Positions 24,301 through 36,500 of a stretch of DNA of 64,000 nt are shown piece after piece. Each line of letters starts with the position of its first letter. Position 1 is the first letter of the stretch. This DNA is from Macrostomum hystrix (lineage: Eukaryota > Animalia > Platyhelminthes), in contig CATNEN010000010.1 of NCBI GenBank assembly GCA_950097015.1, positions 3,286,001 through 3,350,000 of the forward strand. The letters run 5' to 3'. A program made the position numbers and the translations under genes. The notes beneath the pieces were generated by a model, which was given only the letters and a program-made list of their open reading frames with translations, made no database searches and was not told the origin of the DNA.

Positions 24301-27300
24301 TCCTCATTAAGGACTACCATTTGTTTCTCTGCATTTTCCACCCCTTCCAGGTGAGCGAGGGCCGCCTTAGAGTCCGGTCTGATGTCTGCTTCCGCGCCGA
24401 CAGGGGTCTCCGGGCCCGCCTTACAGATCTGTACCTGGCCTTTCACCCGCTCTGGCTGCGCCTCGCACTCGAGTCGCTATTCGGCGAGCCAATCCTTGCC
24501 CCGGCCGCGTCTTCCTCCGCTGACACTGGCGGGGCTGCCGGGCGTCGAACTCCGCTGAGATCCTTTCTGCAGTCTCGGGTGCTGTGGAGCCCCGGCCTGG
24601 CTGACCGCTTTGCCATGCCCGGAGTCTGCAACCTGTACAGGAAGGGTTTTGACGCTGAGCTGGCCAAGTGAGTGCGCGCCTGTCTGTGTCTGTCGTCTGT
24701 CTGTCGTCTGTCTGTCGTCTGTCTGACTGTCTGTCTGTCATTGTACCGTTCATCGACCTGCCCTGTCCCCAGATACGTGCTGAACAAATTCCTGGCCATT
24801 GTGTATTTCTTGGACCGAGCAAAAACCGAGCGCGTGATCGACTTCGATCCGTGTCTGTTTGCCAAGCGCTCTCCGCATAAGTGCACGAAAGATGTAGTGA
24901 CCAGCTTCACCAGGGACTACCTGGCTGGCGAGGGCGACGTCATTAAGCACCTGGGCTACCTGGGTTACCGGTTGTGCCACGCGCAGAAGCCGTTGGACGA
25001 ATTCCAGTTCGGAGTCACTAACCTGGCTGTGGATCTACGCGACGGAATTCGCCTCTGCCGGACACTCGAGATCCTCACCGGCGGCCGGGCGGCCCTGTCC
25101 GGCCGGCTGCGATGTCCGGCCATCAGCCGGCTACAAAAGATTCGCAACTGTCAAGTGGCTTTCGAGGAGCTTCGCGGACTGGGCGTGTCGCTGGATTGGA
25201 CCTCCGGTGAGTGCCCATCTGTCGTACATTGCATTGGCTATATCATTTCAGCCATTCTATTACCTTACTTTCTTTACCTTGTATTAGTTAGGTATCCATC
25301 TGGGATCTGGAATCTGGGATCTGGGATCTAGGATCTGGGATCTAGGATCTGGGATCTAGGATCTGGAATCTGGGATCTGGGATCTAGGATCTAGGATCTG
25401 GGATCTAAGATCTAGGATCTAGGATCTAGGATCTGGGATCTAGGATCTGGGATCTAGGATCTGGGATCTAGGATCTGGGATCTAGGATCTGGGATCTAGG
25501 ATCTGGGATCTAGGATCTAGGATCTGGGATCTAGGATCTGGGAGCTAGGATCTGGGATCTAGGATCTGGTATCTAGGATCTGGGATCATGTAGTAGTTAA
25601 TTAATCAAGATAGTACATTATATATTATCTTCACCACTAAAGATTTGATAATTTTCCGAAGTTATCATGCCATTCTATTGACCTCCCTTACCTCCATGAC
25701 TTCATCCCTACTCCAGGCAACCCGATCGACCCGCGCGATATTGTTGACGGCCACAGAGAGAAAACACTAAGCCTACTCTGGCGCTGCCTGGCTCGCTTTG
25801 CCCTGGCCGAGGATCCCAAGCTAGTTGGCCGCCTCCTTTTCGAAATCCGCGCCCTTCGACGCGCCCTCCACGACCGCGGCGCCGCTTGCCCGCCGGCCCC
25901 CACCGACCCGAAACCGGCCAGCCTCCTGCCCTGCTGGGCCGCCTGCGTGGCCGCCTTCGATTGGCCAGCTGGTCTACCGCCTCCGGCCGAGGACGATAGT
26001 CGCGTTGTCATGCGGTTGCTAAGGCACTACTGCGCCGCGCCACCGGCCTCCAGCGCCGAAGAGGATCAAGATTGGCGCACCGTGTCTGAACGGTTAGCTG
26101 AGCTGGGACAGTGTCCGGCGCTCATTCTGCCGACTTCGTCAGACCGGCCGGACCGCAGCATGCTGCTCGCTCAGCTGGCCGCCCTGGCTGGCTGCCTGTT
26201 GAATCTCAACACCGAGTCCCGAGCCGCTCGCGTCATTCAGGCGGCCTGGCGCCGGCGTCGGGCACAGCGCACCGGTCCACCCGCCGCGCAGGAAGATCGC
26301 GTCGACGCGCTGCCAGCAGAAAATGCTAGCTGCTTCGTCGCTACCGTCACCGATTTCGGCATCGGCTTCTGGCCCGGCACACCTGGGCCGTCCTGCAAGC
26401 CGGCCGACACTCCGGTCCGCTGCCTGCGCGACGAGGAGGCGGCTCGACGCTCCGCGGCCGCAAGCTCCATCCAGCGCTGGTATCGGTACGGGCGGCAGAT
26501 CCGTCTGGGCCGGATTCGACGCGAGATTGAGCGGCGCCGGCGTCGGCGAGCAATCCTGGTCATCCTGACCAATTATCGGATTAGCAGGCGTAATCGGGCT
26601 TTCGCGGCGCTGCAGAGTCACGTGACAAGCTGGCTGGCTCGCAGACTGGCAGCAGCGTTGTGCATTCAAGAGGTTTGGAGGGCGCATCGATTGAGACGGA
26701 TGGAACGCGAGAGGCTTGCACGAGTGCATGCTGCTTGCACTGTACAGCGGGCATGGCGCCTGTTCTGCACTAGACGGAGGGAGCAGGAGAGGCTAGAACG
26801 ACAACGGCTTGAGCAAGAGCGGCTCGAGCAGGAAAGGTTGGAATGCGAACGGCTTGAGCACGAGCGACTTGAGAAGGAACGGCTCGAGCAGGAACGACTT
26901 GAGCAGGAATGGCTTGAGCGGGAGCGAATTGAGCAGGAACGGCTTGAGCAGGAGCGACTTGAGCAGGAACGGTTTGAGCGGGAGCGAATTGAGCAGGAAC
27001 GGCTTGAGCAGGAACGGCTTGAGCAGGAGAGGCTCGAGCAGGAACGGCTTCAGCAGGAACGGCTTGAGCAGGAACGGTTTGAGCGGGAGCGAATTGAGCA
27101 GGAACGGCTTGAGCAGGAACGGCTTGAGCAGGAGAGGCTCGAGCAGGAACGGCTCGAGCAGGAACGGCTTGAGCAGGAATGGCTTGAGCAGGAGAGGCTC
27201 GAGCAGGAACGGCTTGAGCAGGAGCGGCTTGAGCTGGAGCGACTGGAACGAGAACGGCTTGAGCAGGAGCGGCTTGAGCAGGAGCGGCTTGAGCAGGAGC

Positions 27301-29585
27301 GGCTTGAGCTGGAGCGACTGGAACGAGAACGGCTTGACCAGGAACGGCTTGAACAGAAACGGCTTGAACAAGAACGCCTTGAGCAGGAACGCCTTGAGCA
27401 GGAACGCCTTGAGCAGGAACGGATTGACAAGGAACGGATTGAGCAGGAACGCCTTGAGCAGCAACGCCTTGAGCAGCAACGCCTTAAACAAGAACGGATT
27501 GAGCAGGAACGCCTTGAGCAGCAACGCCTTAAACAAGAACGGATTGAGCAGGAACGGCTTGAACAAGAACGGATTGAGCAACAACGCATAGAACGGGAAC
27601 GCCTTGAGCAGGAGCGGCTTGAGCAGGAACGGCTTGAGCAGGAACGGCTTGAGCAGGCGCGACTTGAACAGGAACGTTTTGAGCTGGAGCGAATTGAACA
27701 GGAACGACTTGAGCAGGAGAGACTCGAGCAGGAGCAACTTGAGCAGCAGAAAAGGGATCAAGTAAGGCTGGAGCTTCAGCGTCAATCTGAGAGCCTTGCC
27801 GCCTGCCGCATCCAACGTGCCTGGCGTGGCTTAGTTGCCAGGCGACTCAGACGCCAGCAATCGGAGCAGGAGCAGCGTAGTCGGGCGGCCACGACTCTGC
27901 AGGCGGCCTTCCGCGGCTGGCGAGTTCGCGCCCGCTGCCAGGTGGCCGCCATGCCGCAGTTGCGTCGTCGAATCTCTGCGGCTTACGCCGACGCCTGTCG
28001 CTACCCGGAACGGCGCCTCCTGGCGCGCGCTCGATCGGCGCTCCGTTTCGCGCGCCAGCAACCGCCAGCGGCTGTGGCCCAGCAGCTGGCCGACCTGCGC
28101 GCCGGCACTAGCCACTCCGCCAAGCTGTGCGAACTGCTCTGCAGCCAGGTGAGACTGCGGTTGTCTTTGGGGAGAAAAGCTTATTTAATTGAAAACGTGC
28201 AAGCCTATAAAAGCTATTCACTACCGCAAACCAATCTGCGCAGGCTGGCGCAGTCTCCGCCCTGTTCGCACTGATGGCCGGCTGCAACCGGAGCCTGCCG
28301 CACCAGTACATTGTGCTGCACAGTGTGCAGGTGCTACACAATCTCATTCGGCACTCGGCCACCGCCGCCAGCGTGGCCAAAGAGTGTCCGGCCAATGCTG
28401 GCGACGTCTTGACCGACGCTTTGGTGTCCGGCGCGGTTGTTCGGGCCTCTCCGTTGCAACAGGTGAGCTGGCGTGTTCCTTGACGACTGACCTGTTGACA
28501 TGTGAGAGAGGCAAATGAGCAGTGTGAGACAGTCAAGGGATAAGGTGAGACAGAAATAGGATAAGGTGAGACAGTCAAGGGATAAGTGAGACAGAAATAG
28601 GATAAGGTGAGACAGAAATAGGATAAGGTGAGACAGAAATTGGATAAGGTGAGACAGAAATTGGATAAGTTGAGACAGAAATTTGATAAGGTGAGACAGA
28701 AATTGGATAAGGTGAGACAGAAATAGGATAAGGTGAGACAGAAATTGGATAAGGTGAGACAGAAATAGGATAAGGTGAGACAGAAATAGGATAAGGTGAG
28801 ACAGTCAAGGGATAAGTGAGACAGAAATAGGATAAGGTGAGACAGAAATAGGATAAGGTGAGACAGAAATTGGATAAGGTGAGACAGAAATTGGATAAGG
28901 TGAGACAGAAATTGGATAAGGTGAGACAGAAATTGGATAAGGTGAGACAGAAATAGGATAAGGTGAGACAGAAATTGGATAAGGTGAGACAGAAATAGGA
29001 TAAGGTGAGACAGAAATTGGATAAGGTGAGACAGAAATAGGATAAGGTGAGACAGAAATAGGATAAGGTGAGACAGAAATTGGATAAGATGAGACAGAAA
29101 TAGGATAAGGTGAGACAGAAATTGGATAAGGTGAGACAGAAATAGGATAAGGTGAGACAGAAATTGGATAAGGTGAGACAGAAATAGGATAAGGTGAGAC
29201 AGAAATAGGATAAGGTGAGACAGTCAAGGGATAAGGTGAGGCAGGAAGGCAGGATATTGTGATGGGACAGACAAGCCTAACTCCCCTCGCCCACCCCGCC
29301 ACGCCGCTGAAGGAGCTGGTGAAGGCCTGCGCCGGCCTGCTGGCTTCGCTGGTGTCCAGCGGCTTCGCCCTGTCCCGCCGGGCCACGGTCCGCCTGCGGG
29401 AGACCCGAGACGCCCTCCTGAGGCGGGCCGGCCTGGAGGAGAGCCGCCTGGTCAGCCAGTTAAAGGCCTCGGGCGCCCTGCTGGTTCGCGTGGAGCCGGA
29501 CTGGGTGATGAAACGGTCAGCCAACCAGCACATGGCCAGCCCCATCACTGCCGTTACCTACCTGTGCGAGCTGCTGCACCACTGA
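21322..29585 (+). CDS. ASPM: Abnormal spindle / ASPM homolog; exons 21322-22572, 22984-23265, 24351-24667, 24773-25206, 25717-28148, 28244-28462, 29313 (or 29271)-29585
   Basis: ASH domain (FGRVPMG...LLIQNP); [10 protein letters not shown]|[14 protein letters not shown]; [15 protein letters not shown]; [13 protein letters not shown]; [15 protein letters not shown] (CH domain); IQ motifs; C-terminal CNRSLPH. All GT-AG junctions are phase-consistent. Confidence 0.95.
22586..22760 (+). mobile_element. CORE-like SINE fragment in asp intron 1
   Basis: TGTGTCCTTTACCAAGACACTTAACTCTG...CAGTTCACCAGCTGTTAAAAGGGTACC resembles the SINE CORE domain (TGTGACCTTGGGCAAGTCACTTAACCTCT...CATCTGTAAAATGGG). Confidence 0.5.
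23380..24265. repeat. 25-bp minisatellite in asp intron 2 (TTCCGGATTCTGTCTGATCCCACAT)
   Basis: Tandem copies read directly. Confidence 0.93.
25300..25590. repeat. 7-bp repeat (GGATCTA/GGATCTG) in asp intron 4
   Basis: Read directly from the sequence. Confidence 0.93.
26780..27750 (+). repeat. Coding 15-bp repeat encoding about 65x EQERL within asp exon 5
   Basis: In frame with IQ motifs on both sides; extensive synonymous variation between units. Confidence 0.9.
28520..29240. repeat. 21-bp minisatellite in asp intron 6 (GGATAAGGTGAGACAGAAATA)
   Basis: Tandem copies; most contain AAG/GTGAGA. Confidence 0.95.
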
Positions 29586-29659
29586 CTCTAGATCCTCACT
29601 TTCTCATGCATGTTTCCATCACTCTAATTTCTCATTTTTTTGTCTGCTTTCCTTGCACC

Positions 29660-31055
29660 CTTCTCATTTCCTCACATTTCTCATGTCTCTGTCAACCATC
29701 TCTCATTTCCTCACATTTCTCATGTCTCTGTCAACCATCTCTCATTTCCTCACGTTTCTCATGTCTCTGTCAACCATCTCTCATTTCCTCACGTTTCTCA
29801 TGTCTCTGTCAACCATCTCTCATTTCCTCACGTTTCTCATGTCTCTGTCAACCATCTCTCATTTCCTCACGTTTCTCATGTCTCTGTCAACCATCTCTCA
29901 TTTCCTCACGTTTCTCATGTCTCTGTCAACCATCTCTCATTTCCTCACGTTTCTCATGTCTCTGTCAACCTTGTCTCATTTCCTCCCGTTTCTCATGTCT
30001 CTGTCAACCTTGTCTCATTTCCTTACGTTTATCATGTCTCTGTCAATCTTGTCTCATTTCCTCACGTTTCTCATGTCTCTGTCAATCTTCTCTCATTTCC
30101 TCACGTTTATCATGTCTCTGTCAACCATCTCTCATTTCCTCACGTTTCTCATGTCTCTGTCAATCTTCTCTCATTTCCTCACGTTTCTCATGTCTCTGTC
30201 AATCTTCTCTCATTTCCTCACGTTTATCATGTCTCTGTCAACCATCTCTCATTTCCTCACGTTTCTCATGTCTCTGTCAACCATCTCTCATTTCCTCACG
30301 TTTCTCATGTCTCTGTCAACCATCTCTCATTTCCTCACGTTTCTCATGTCTCTGTCAATCTTCTCTCATTTCCTCACGTTTATCATGTCTCTGTCAACCA
30401 TCTCTCATTTCCTCACGTTTCTCATGTCTCTGTCAACCATCTCTCATTTCCTCACGTTTCTCATGTCTCTGTCAACCTTGTCTCATTTCCTCACGTTTAT
30501 CATGTCTCTGTCAATCTTCTCTCATTTCCTCACGTTTCTCATGTCTCTGTCAACCTTGTCTCATTTCCTCACGTTTATCATGTCTCTGTCAATCTTCTCT
30601 CATTTCCTCACGTTTCTCATGTCTCTGTCAACCTTGTCTCATTTCCTCACGTTTATCATGTCTCTGTCAATCTTCTCTCATTTCCTCACGTTTCTCATGT
30701 CTCTGTCAACCTTGTCTCATTTCCTCACGTTTATCATGTCTCTGTCAACCATCTCTCATTTCCTCACGTTTCTCATGTCTCTGTCAACCTTGTCTCATTT
30801 CCTCCCGTTTCTCATGTCTCTGTCAACCTTGTCTCATTTCCTTACGTTTATCATGTCTCTGTCAACCTTGTCTCATTTCCTCACGTTTCTCATGTCTCTG
30901 TCAATCTTCTCTCATTTCCTCACGTTTATCATGTCTCTGTCAACCATCTCTCATTTTCTTCACGTTTCTCATGTCTCTGTCAATCTTCTCTCATTTCCTC
31001 ACGTTTCTCATGTCTCTGTCAACCATCTCTCATTTCCTCACGTTTCTCATGTCTC
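29660..31055. repeat. 37-bp minisatellite immediately downstream of the asp stop
   Basis: TCTCATTTCCTCACGTTTCTCATGTCTCTGTCAACCA units; the long ORFs in all three frames are artefacts. Confidence 0.95.
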
Positions 31056-32004
31056 GTGTGTCTTTTGCATATAATTTATCGCAGTCCGTGTTACAATCTA
31101 TTACTCTCTGTGAGTCTGTACTCAGGCGAAATTGGCTCTGATGTCTAAACAAATTATTTCTGACATTCGCGCATGCCAAACAACCCGTGTCTTTTTAATG
31201 ATATATTTACACAATTTACATTTGCAATCATTTTAGTACAAATGCAAATTCTGGCAGCGCAATTCTCTATTAATTTTAGTGTCGATCCGCCTATTTAATT
31301 TTCTCAGCTGTGCAAGTTTTGTCCATTTTTCATTTTTTTAGAGAATTTTTGCGTTGAGCATCTGCGCGATTGATTAGAGCAGGCGCTGACTATGAAGATG
31401 CCGAAGCATTTAAACCGTTGGATTTAGGTATAGTTACTCACGCCGTTTACTCGCAAGCGACACTAGCGGTAAATTCTTGGCTAGCGAGGCATTTTTAAGG
31501 CATGGTTGTACTAACTTTCGCGCAGCTGCTCAGAACATAATAAAAGCCCACACAGCTATTTGTTTATTTTGCTACTTTTTTTCGCGCTGCTTAATACCAT
31601 TTATAATCATTCATATTTTCCGTATTAAATATTCTGCCATTCAGTAATGGTCAGGAATCCTATTTTTAGGGGCTATTTTGCTATACATACTACTCGCAAT
31701 TTATTTCTAGCTACGATTGCATTCAATTAGTACGGTGTGCAATTTATTCTATTTCTACATTTAGTCTGGCATTTTCTGCTTATCTACGTCGGCGAGAGCT
31801 TAAGAAAATGTTGCTTTGATCTTACTGATCTGCTGTAAGCATTTTCGTTCTTATTAATTATGTCAATTATACACACTGACTTACTGTGAGTAGCAGTGTG
31901 AGTCTGTGACTTATTAACAATTACCAAATTGAAAAAAAATGGGTACTGATTTTTATAAAAATAATATTTCATATGTAGCTGGAATCGTAAAAGCCAAAGG
32001 TTGT

Positions 32005-32950
32005 AGTCGAAGCAGGATCTGCCAATAGAATCGAAGCAGGATCTGTCAATGGAATCGAAGCAGGATCTGCCAATAGAATCGAAGCAGAATCTGCCAATAG
32101 AATCGAAGCAGGATCTGTCAATGGAATCGAAGCAGGATCTGTCAATAGAATCGAAGCAGGATCTGTCAATTGAATCGAAGCAGGATCTGTCAATAGAATC
32201 GAAGCAGGATCTGTCAATTGAATCGAAGCAGGATCTGCCAATTGAATCGAAGCAGGATCTGTCAATTGAATCGAAGCAGGATCTGTCAATGGAATCTAAG
32301 CAAAATCTGCCAATAGAATCGAAGCAAAATCTGCCAATAGAATCGAAGCAAAATCTGCCAATAGAATCGAAGCAGGATCTGCCAATAGAATCGAAGCAGG
32401 ATCTGCCAATAGAATCGAAGCAGAATCTGCCAATAGAATCGAAGCAAAATCTGTCAATTGAATCGAAGCAGGATCTGCCAATTGAATCGAGGCAGGATCT
32501 GTCAATGGAATCGAAGCAGGATCTGCCAATAGAATCGAAGCAGAATCTGCCAATTGAATCGAAGCAGGATCTGTCAATGGAATCTAAGCAAAATCTGCCA
32601 ATAGAATCGAAGCAAAATCTGCCAATAGAATCGAAGCAAAATCTGCCAATAGAATCGAAGCAGGATCTGCCAATAGAATCGAAGCAGAATCTGCCAATAG
32701 AATCGAAGCAGGATCTGTCAATGGAATCGAAGCAGGATCTGTCAATAGAATCGAAGCAGGATCTGTCAATAGAATCGAAGCAGGATCTGTCAATTGAATC
32801 GAAGCAGGATCTGCCAATAGAATCGAAGCAAAATCTGCCAATAGAATCGAAGCAGGATCTGCCAATAGAATCGAAGCAGGATCTGTCAATAGAATCGAAG
32901 CAGGGTCTGTCAATAGAATCGCAGCAGGGTCTGTCAATGGAATCGCAGCA
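32005..32950. repeat. 24-bp minisatellite (GAATCGAAGCAGGATCTGCCAATA)
   Basis: Tandem copies read directly. Confidence 0.95.
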
Positions 32951-33573
32951 AGATGACCAATCGAATCGCATCAGGAACTGTATAGTTAGAATTTTTCTTG
33001 TGAGTCGTAGAATTTTTCGCGGCAGGAATCGCGCTAGAAAAAAAACTTAACACGAAACAACATTTTCGTTATTGTGACTCTTGTCAGTGGAGGTGAGTGC
33101 ATCTCAAATCCTCCAATCTAAATTTATTCGTTATTATATTTTTGTAAATTAAAATCTACGCGCTCTACAGCACATCGAGAGTTTTAGGCCAGTATTAAAC
33201 TAGACGCGCTCGCTACTACTCACCAGCAGTAGTGTGTTCAGAGTTTTTGATAGTGACAATTTTTATACAACAAAGTAAATACGAGTAAAAGTATTAAAGC
33301 ATAAAACTGCACCACATAGTCACAAATATATAGTTTCTAAAACATTGATCAAAATATTTTGATGGACGGATATCTCAGCAGTTTTGTAGTGGCGCACCCT
33401 TCATGCTACTCAGTAAGAAGTAGAACCGCGCGTAAAAATAAGCATAATTCTAAGAATATAAAATATGGCTTAATTGGAATCATTAGAATCAGGAAATATT
33501 TTCAGTTTCTGAGTCCTGCACAAAAAGCAAATAGCGTTTGCTCGGCTGTTCTGTTCGGGTCGTGCATCTCTGC

Positions 33574-36500
33574 TCAAGTCAGCAGCTCCGGCTTCTTCTC
33601 CTCTGGCGGCGGTGGCGCACGAGCCTCCTCCAGCTCCTTCTTCAGCGCTTCGAGCTGCAATGAGTATAATGAGCATAGTTAGCATTGTTTGATATTATGT
33701 ACTCAAGGATGATTAGAGTGAACTCAAATACCGGTTAGAGTGAACTCAAATACCGGTTAGAGTGGACTCGAATGCTGGTTAGAGTGAACTCAAATACCGG
33801 TTAGAGTGAACCCTCAAATTCTGGTGAACTCAAATTCTGGTTAGAGTGAACTCAAATGCTGATTAGAGTGACCTCAAATGCTGCTTAGAGTGAACTATTA
33901 GATGTGAAAATATAACTGAAATATTAGGAGTGGAAAGTGAGTACATTGCTCAAATTTGAGTAGGCTAAGATGAGGGGAATGCTGACCTTGGCTGCCAGAA
34001 TCGCCTCGCGCTCCTTCGACGCCTGCAGTTCCAGCTCGGCTGTCACCTGCCTGTCCTCCGCCTCCGTGGCTCGCAGCTCGGCCTCCCTGAGCTGGCCTTG
34101 CAGCTGCTGCACGGCGCCGAGGGCTTCGAAGGCTCGGCCGGCGTCAGGAGTCTGTGCTCGGACGCCCGGCTCCATGACGACGACGTCCTGCGGAGGCGAT
34201 TCCGGCGACTGCGACAGGCTGCGCGAGTGCACATTAAGGTCCGGTCCAATGGCCTGCACGGTTTCATCCAGCGGCTCCTCCTGCTGCTGCTGTTGCTGCT
34301 GGGGAAGTGGAGTCTCCGGTGCATCTGGCTCCACTGCCTCTGCTGCTTCTGGGGAAGCGAACTCAACTTTTTGCTGCTTCTGCTGCCTGAAATCGAGGTA
34401 ATTGATTGCTCAACTTGTATAATTACTAAGTTTGGACTTAAAAACTCGTGACACTCAAGTCCAACTCCACGCAAGCCAGGTGTCTTAAAAGAGCTTGTTT
34501 ACCCGTCAGCAGCCTGCTCAGCTGGCTCGGCTGCCTGACTGGCGTCCGACGTTTCGAATCGCCGACCCTGCAGAGCCAGCAGTGAGTCCTCGATCGGCAT
34601 CGTCGGCTGCGTCGCCTGGCTACTTTGCGTCGGCTGGCGCGGATCCCGTGTCAGGTTGGCCACGAGAGTGGGATCCGGGATCATGTGGTAGGGAAAGCCC
34701 AGATCCTCCAGGATGCAGGTGGCCGCGTGGCACCAGTCGCGGGCCTCACTCTGCGGATGATCGAGTCGATCGAATGGGGGAGAGAGTTAGATAGGCACAA
34801 TGTGGTTGGCGGAGTGGGCTTTGCGGAGTGGGGTTGGCGAAGTGAGGCTGGCGGAGTGGGGTTTGGCTAAGTGCGGTTGGCGGAGTGGGGCTGGCGGAGT
34901 GCATGGGGTTGGTGGAGTGCGGGGCTGGCGGAGTGGGGTTTGGCTAAGTGCGGTTGGCGGAGTGGGGCTGGCGGAGTGCATGGGGTTGGTGGAGTGCGGG
35001 GCTGGCGGAGTGGGGTCGAAGAAGTGCGGTTGGCGGAGTGGGGTTGTTGGTGGGTATGGCGGAGTGAGATTGGCAGAGATTGAGAGTCGGGTAGTGGGGC
35101 TGGGGTTGTGTGATGGGCAGGGTTGGCGGGGTGGGGTTGGCGGAGTGGGGTTGTTAAAGAAGGCTGAAAATCCGGAAGTTTTAACAAAGCTGTGAACCAA
35201 GGCGTAGTTCTGGTTTGGCATTCTAAAAATGTAATGAACTAGATAGACGTGGATCTGTGAATTGTTGTGTAGGGCATCTAAGCGGGTTTGAATCGGACTG
35301 TGGGCACAGAGAAAATAGGCAGTGCACATTTGAGCAACACTGATAGCAGAAATAGTTTATAAGTGCTGTGACTGTGGCTGTGAATACATTAACATCGCAG
35401 TGCAATATATAAATAGACTGCGCATAGCCAAGAAAGTTTATGCAGGTTGTGAAAATACAGAATAAAGCAGTTTAGCCGAACTTCAAAAGTTTTCTCTGGA
35501 GCGACTCGGTATTGTTCATACTTATGAATCTTTCAGATTTAGAAATTCGACTTTAAAAAATGTAATAATGCGACTGTTGTGACTTGTTGCTTACAATGTG
35601 CCACGATAATATCACAGTTCCAGATATTCTTAGAAATAGGTGACTGAGTGATTAATATCAATTGATGGAGCACTCGAGCTAACCTTGCTTGAAACCTGCG
35701 CATTGGAAGCTAAAGTTGAATGACCTGGAACAGGAGCGCAAAGCGATAAGAAAAACATTTTCCACGGAAGACGCACAACTTAGTGACAGGAGAACAACAG
35801 GGAAGCACTCGAACCAGCGAGTGAGTCTGTAAGCGGTTGAGAACCTTTTGGCCCTATATATTAACATTTAAAGGAATTCGAATTCTACTATGTCAAATTA
35901 TAACAGAATATAGTCGCTCTAACCTATGAGCAGTTTAAGTCTATTCATTCGAAGCCCTTAAATAACTACTTTTCATTCTTAACAAACTTTTCAAATCGTC
36001 GTTTTGGATTTTTGGCGCGATTTCAAACTTTGCTTACGACGCAAGTTGGTCCCAATAAGCAAAAAATCCGGAAATTCTAGGAAACAGAAAGCACACTCGA
36101 ATATCGCACCGTAAACTGACTTTCACTTTGATTGTCTGAGGCTGATTATCCTCTGAAAATTTTTTTTCCGCTTGACGATGCGATGACGATGCGATGACAG
36201 ATCGCTTTAAGGTATCTTGCTTTGAGAAGCCATTTCTTTGAAAACAAGAAAGTGAGGCACAGAGACAAATAAAATAGTTGTACAGTCTCGGAGTGCACGC
36301 CAGTTGCGGCACTGTTCAAACGGGTGCAGGAACTCAAAACAGGAAACTAAAATCAAATAAAAATTGTGGCTACGTTAAACAGAAATTTGAAAATATCTAA
36401 TAAGATGATGGAGATGTTGCATTTTTGTTTGTCTCTGCATTCAAGTTTTACCGGAATTTTGTTGGCCACGGACTGCAGCTCCCTAATTCGCTCCTCATCC

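Noticed and set aside
29564-33050. ORFs of 330-525 aa (LISSRFSCLCQP, IESKQDL)
   Set aside because: Entirely inside the 37-bp and 24-bp arrays and open in several frames.
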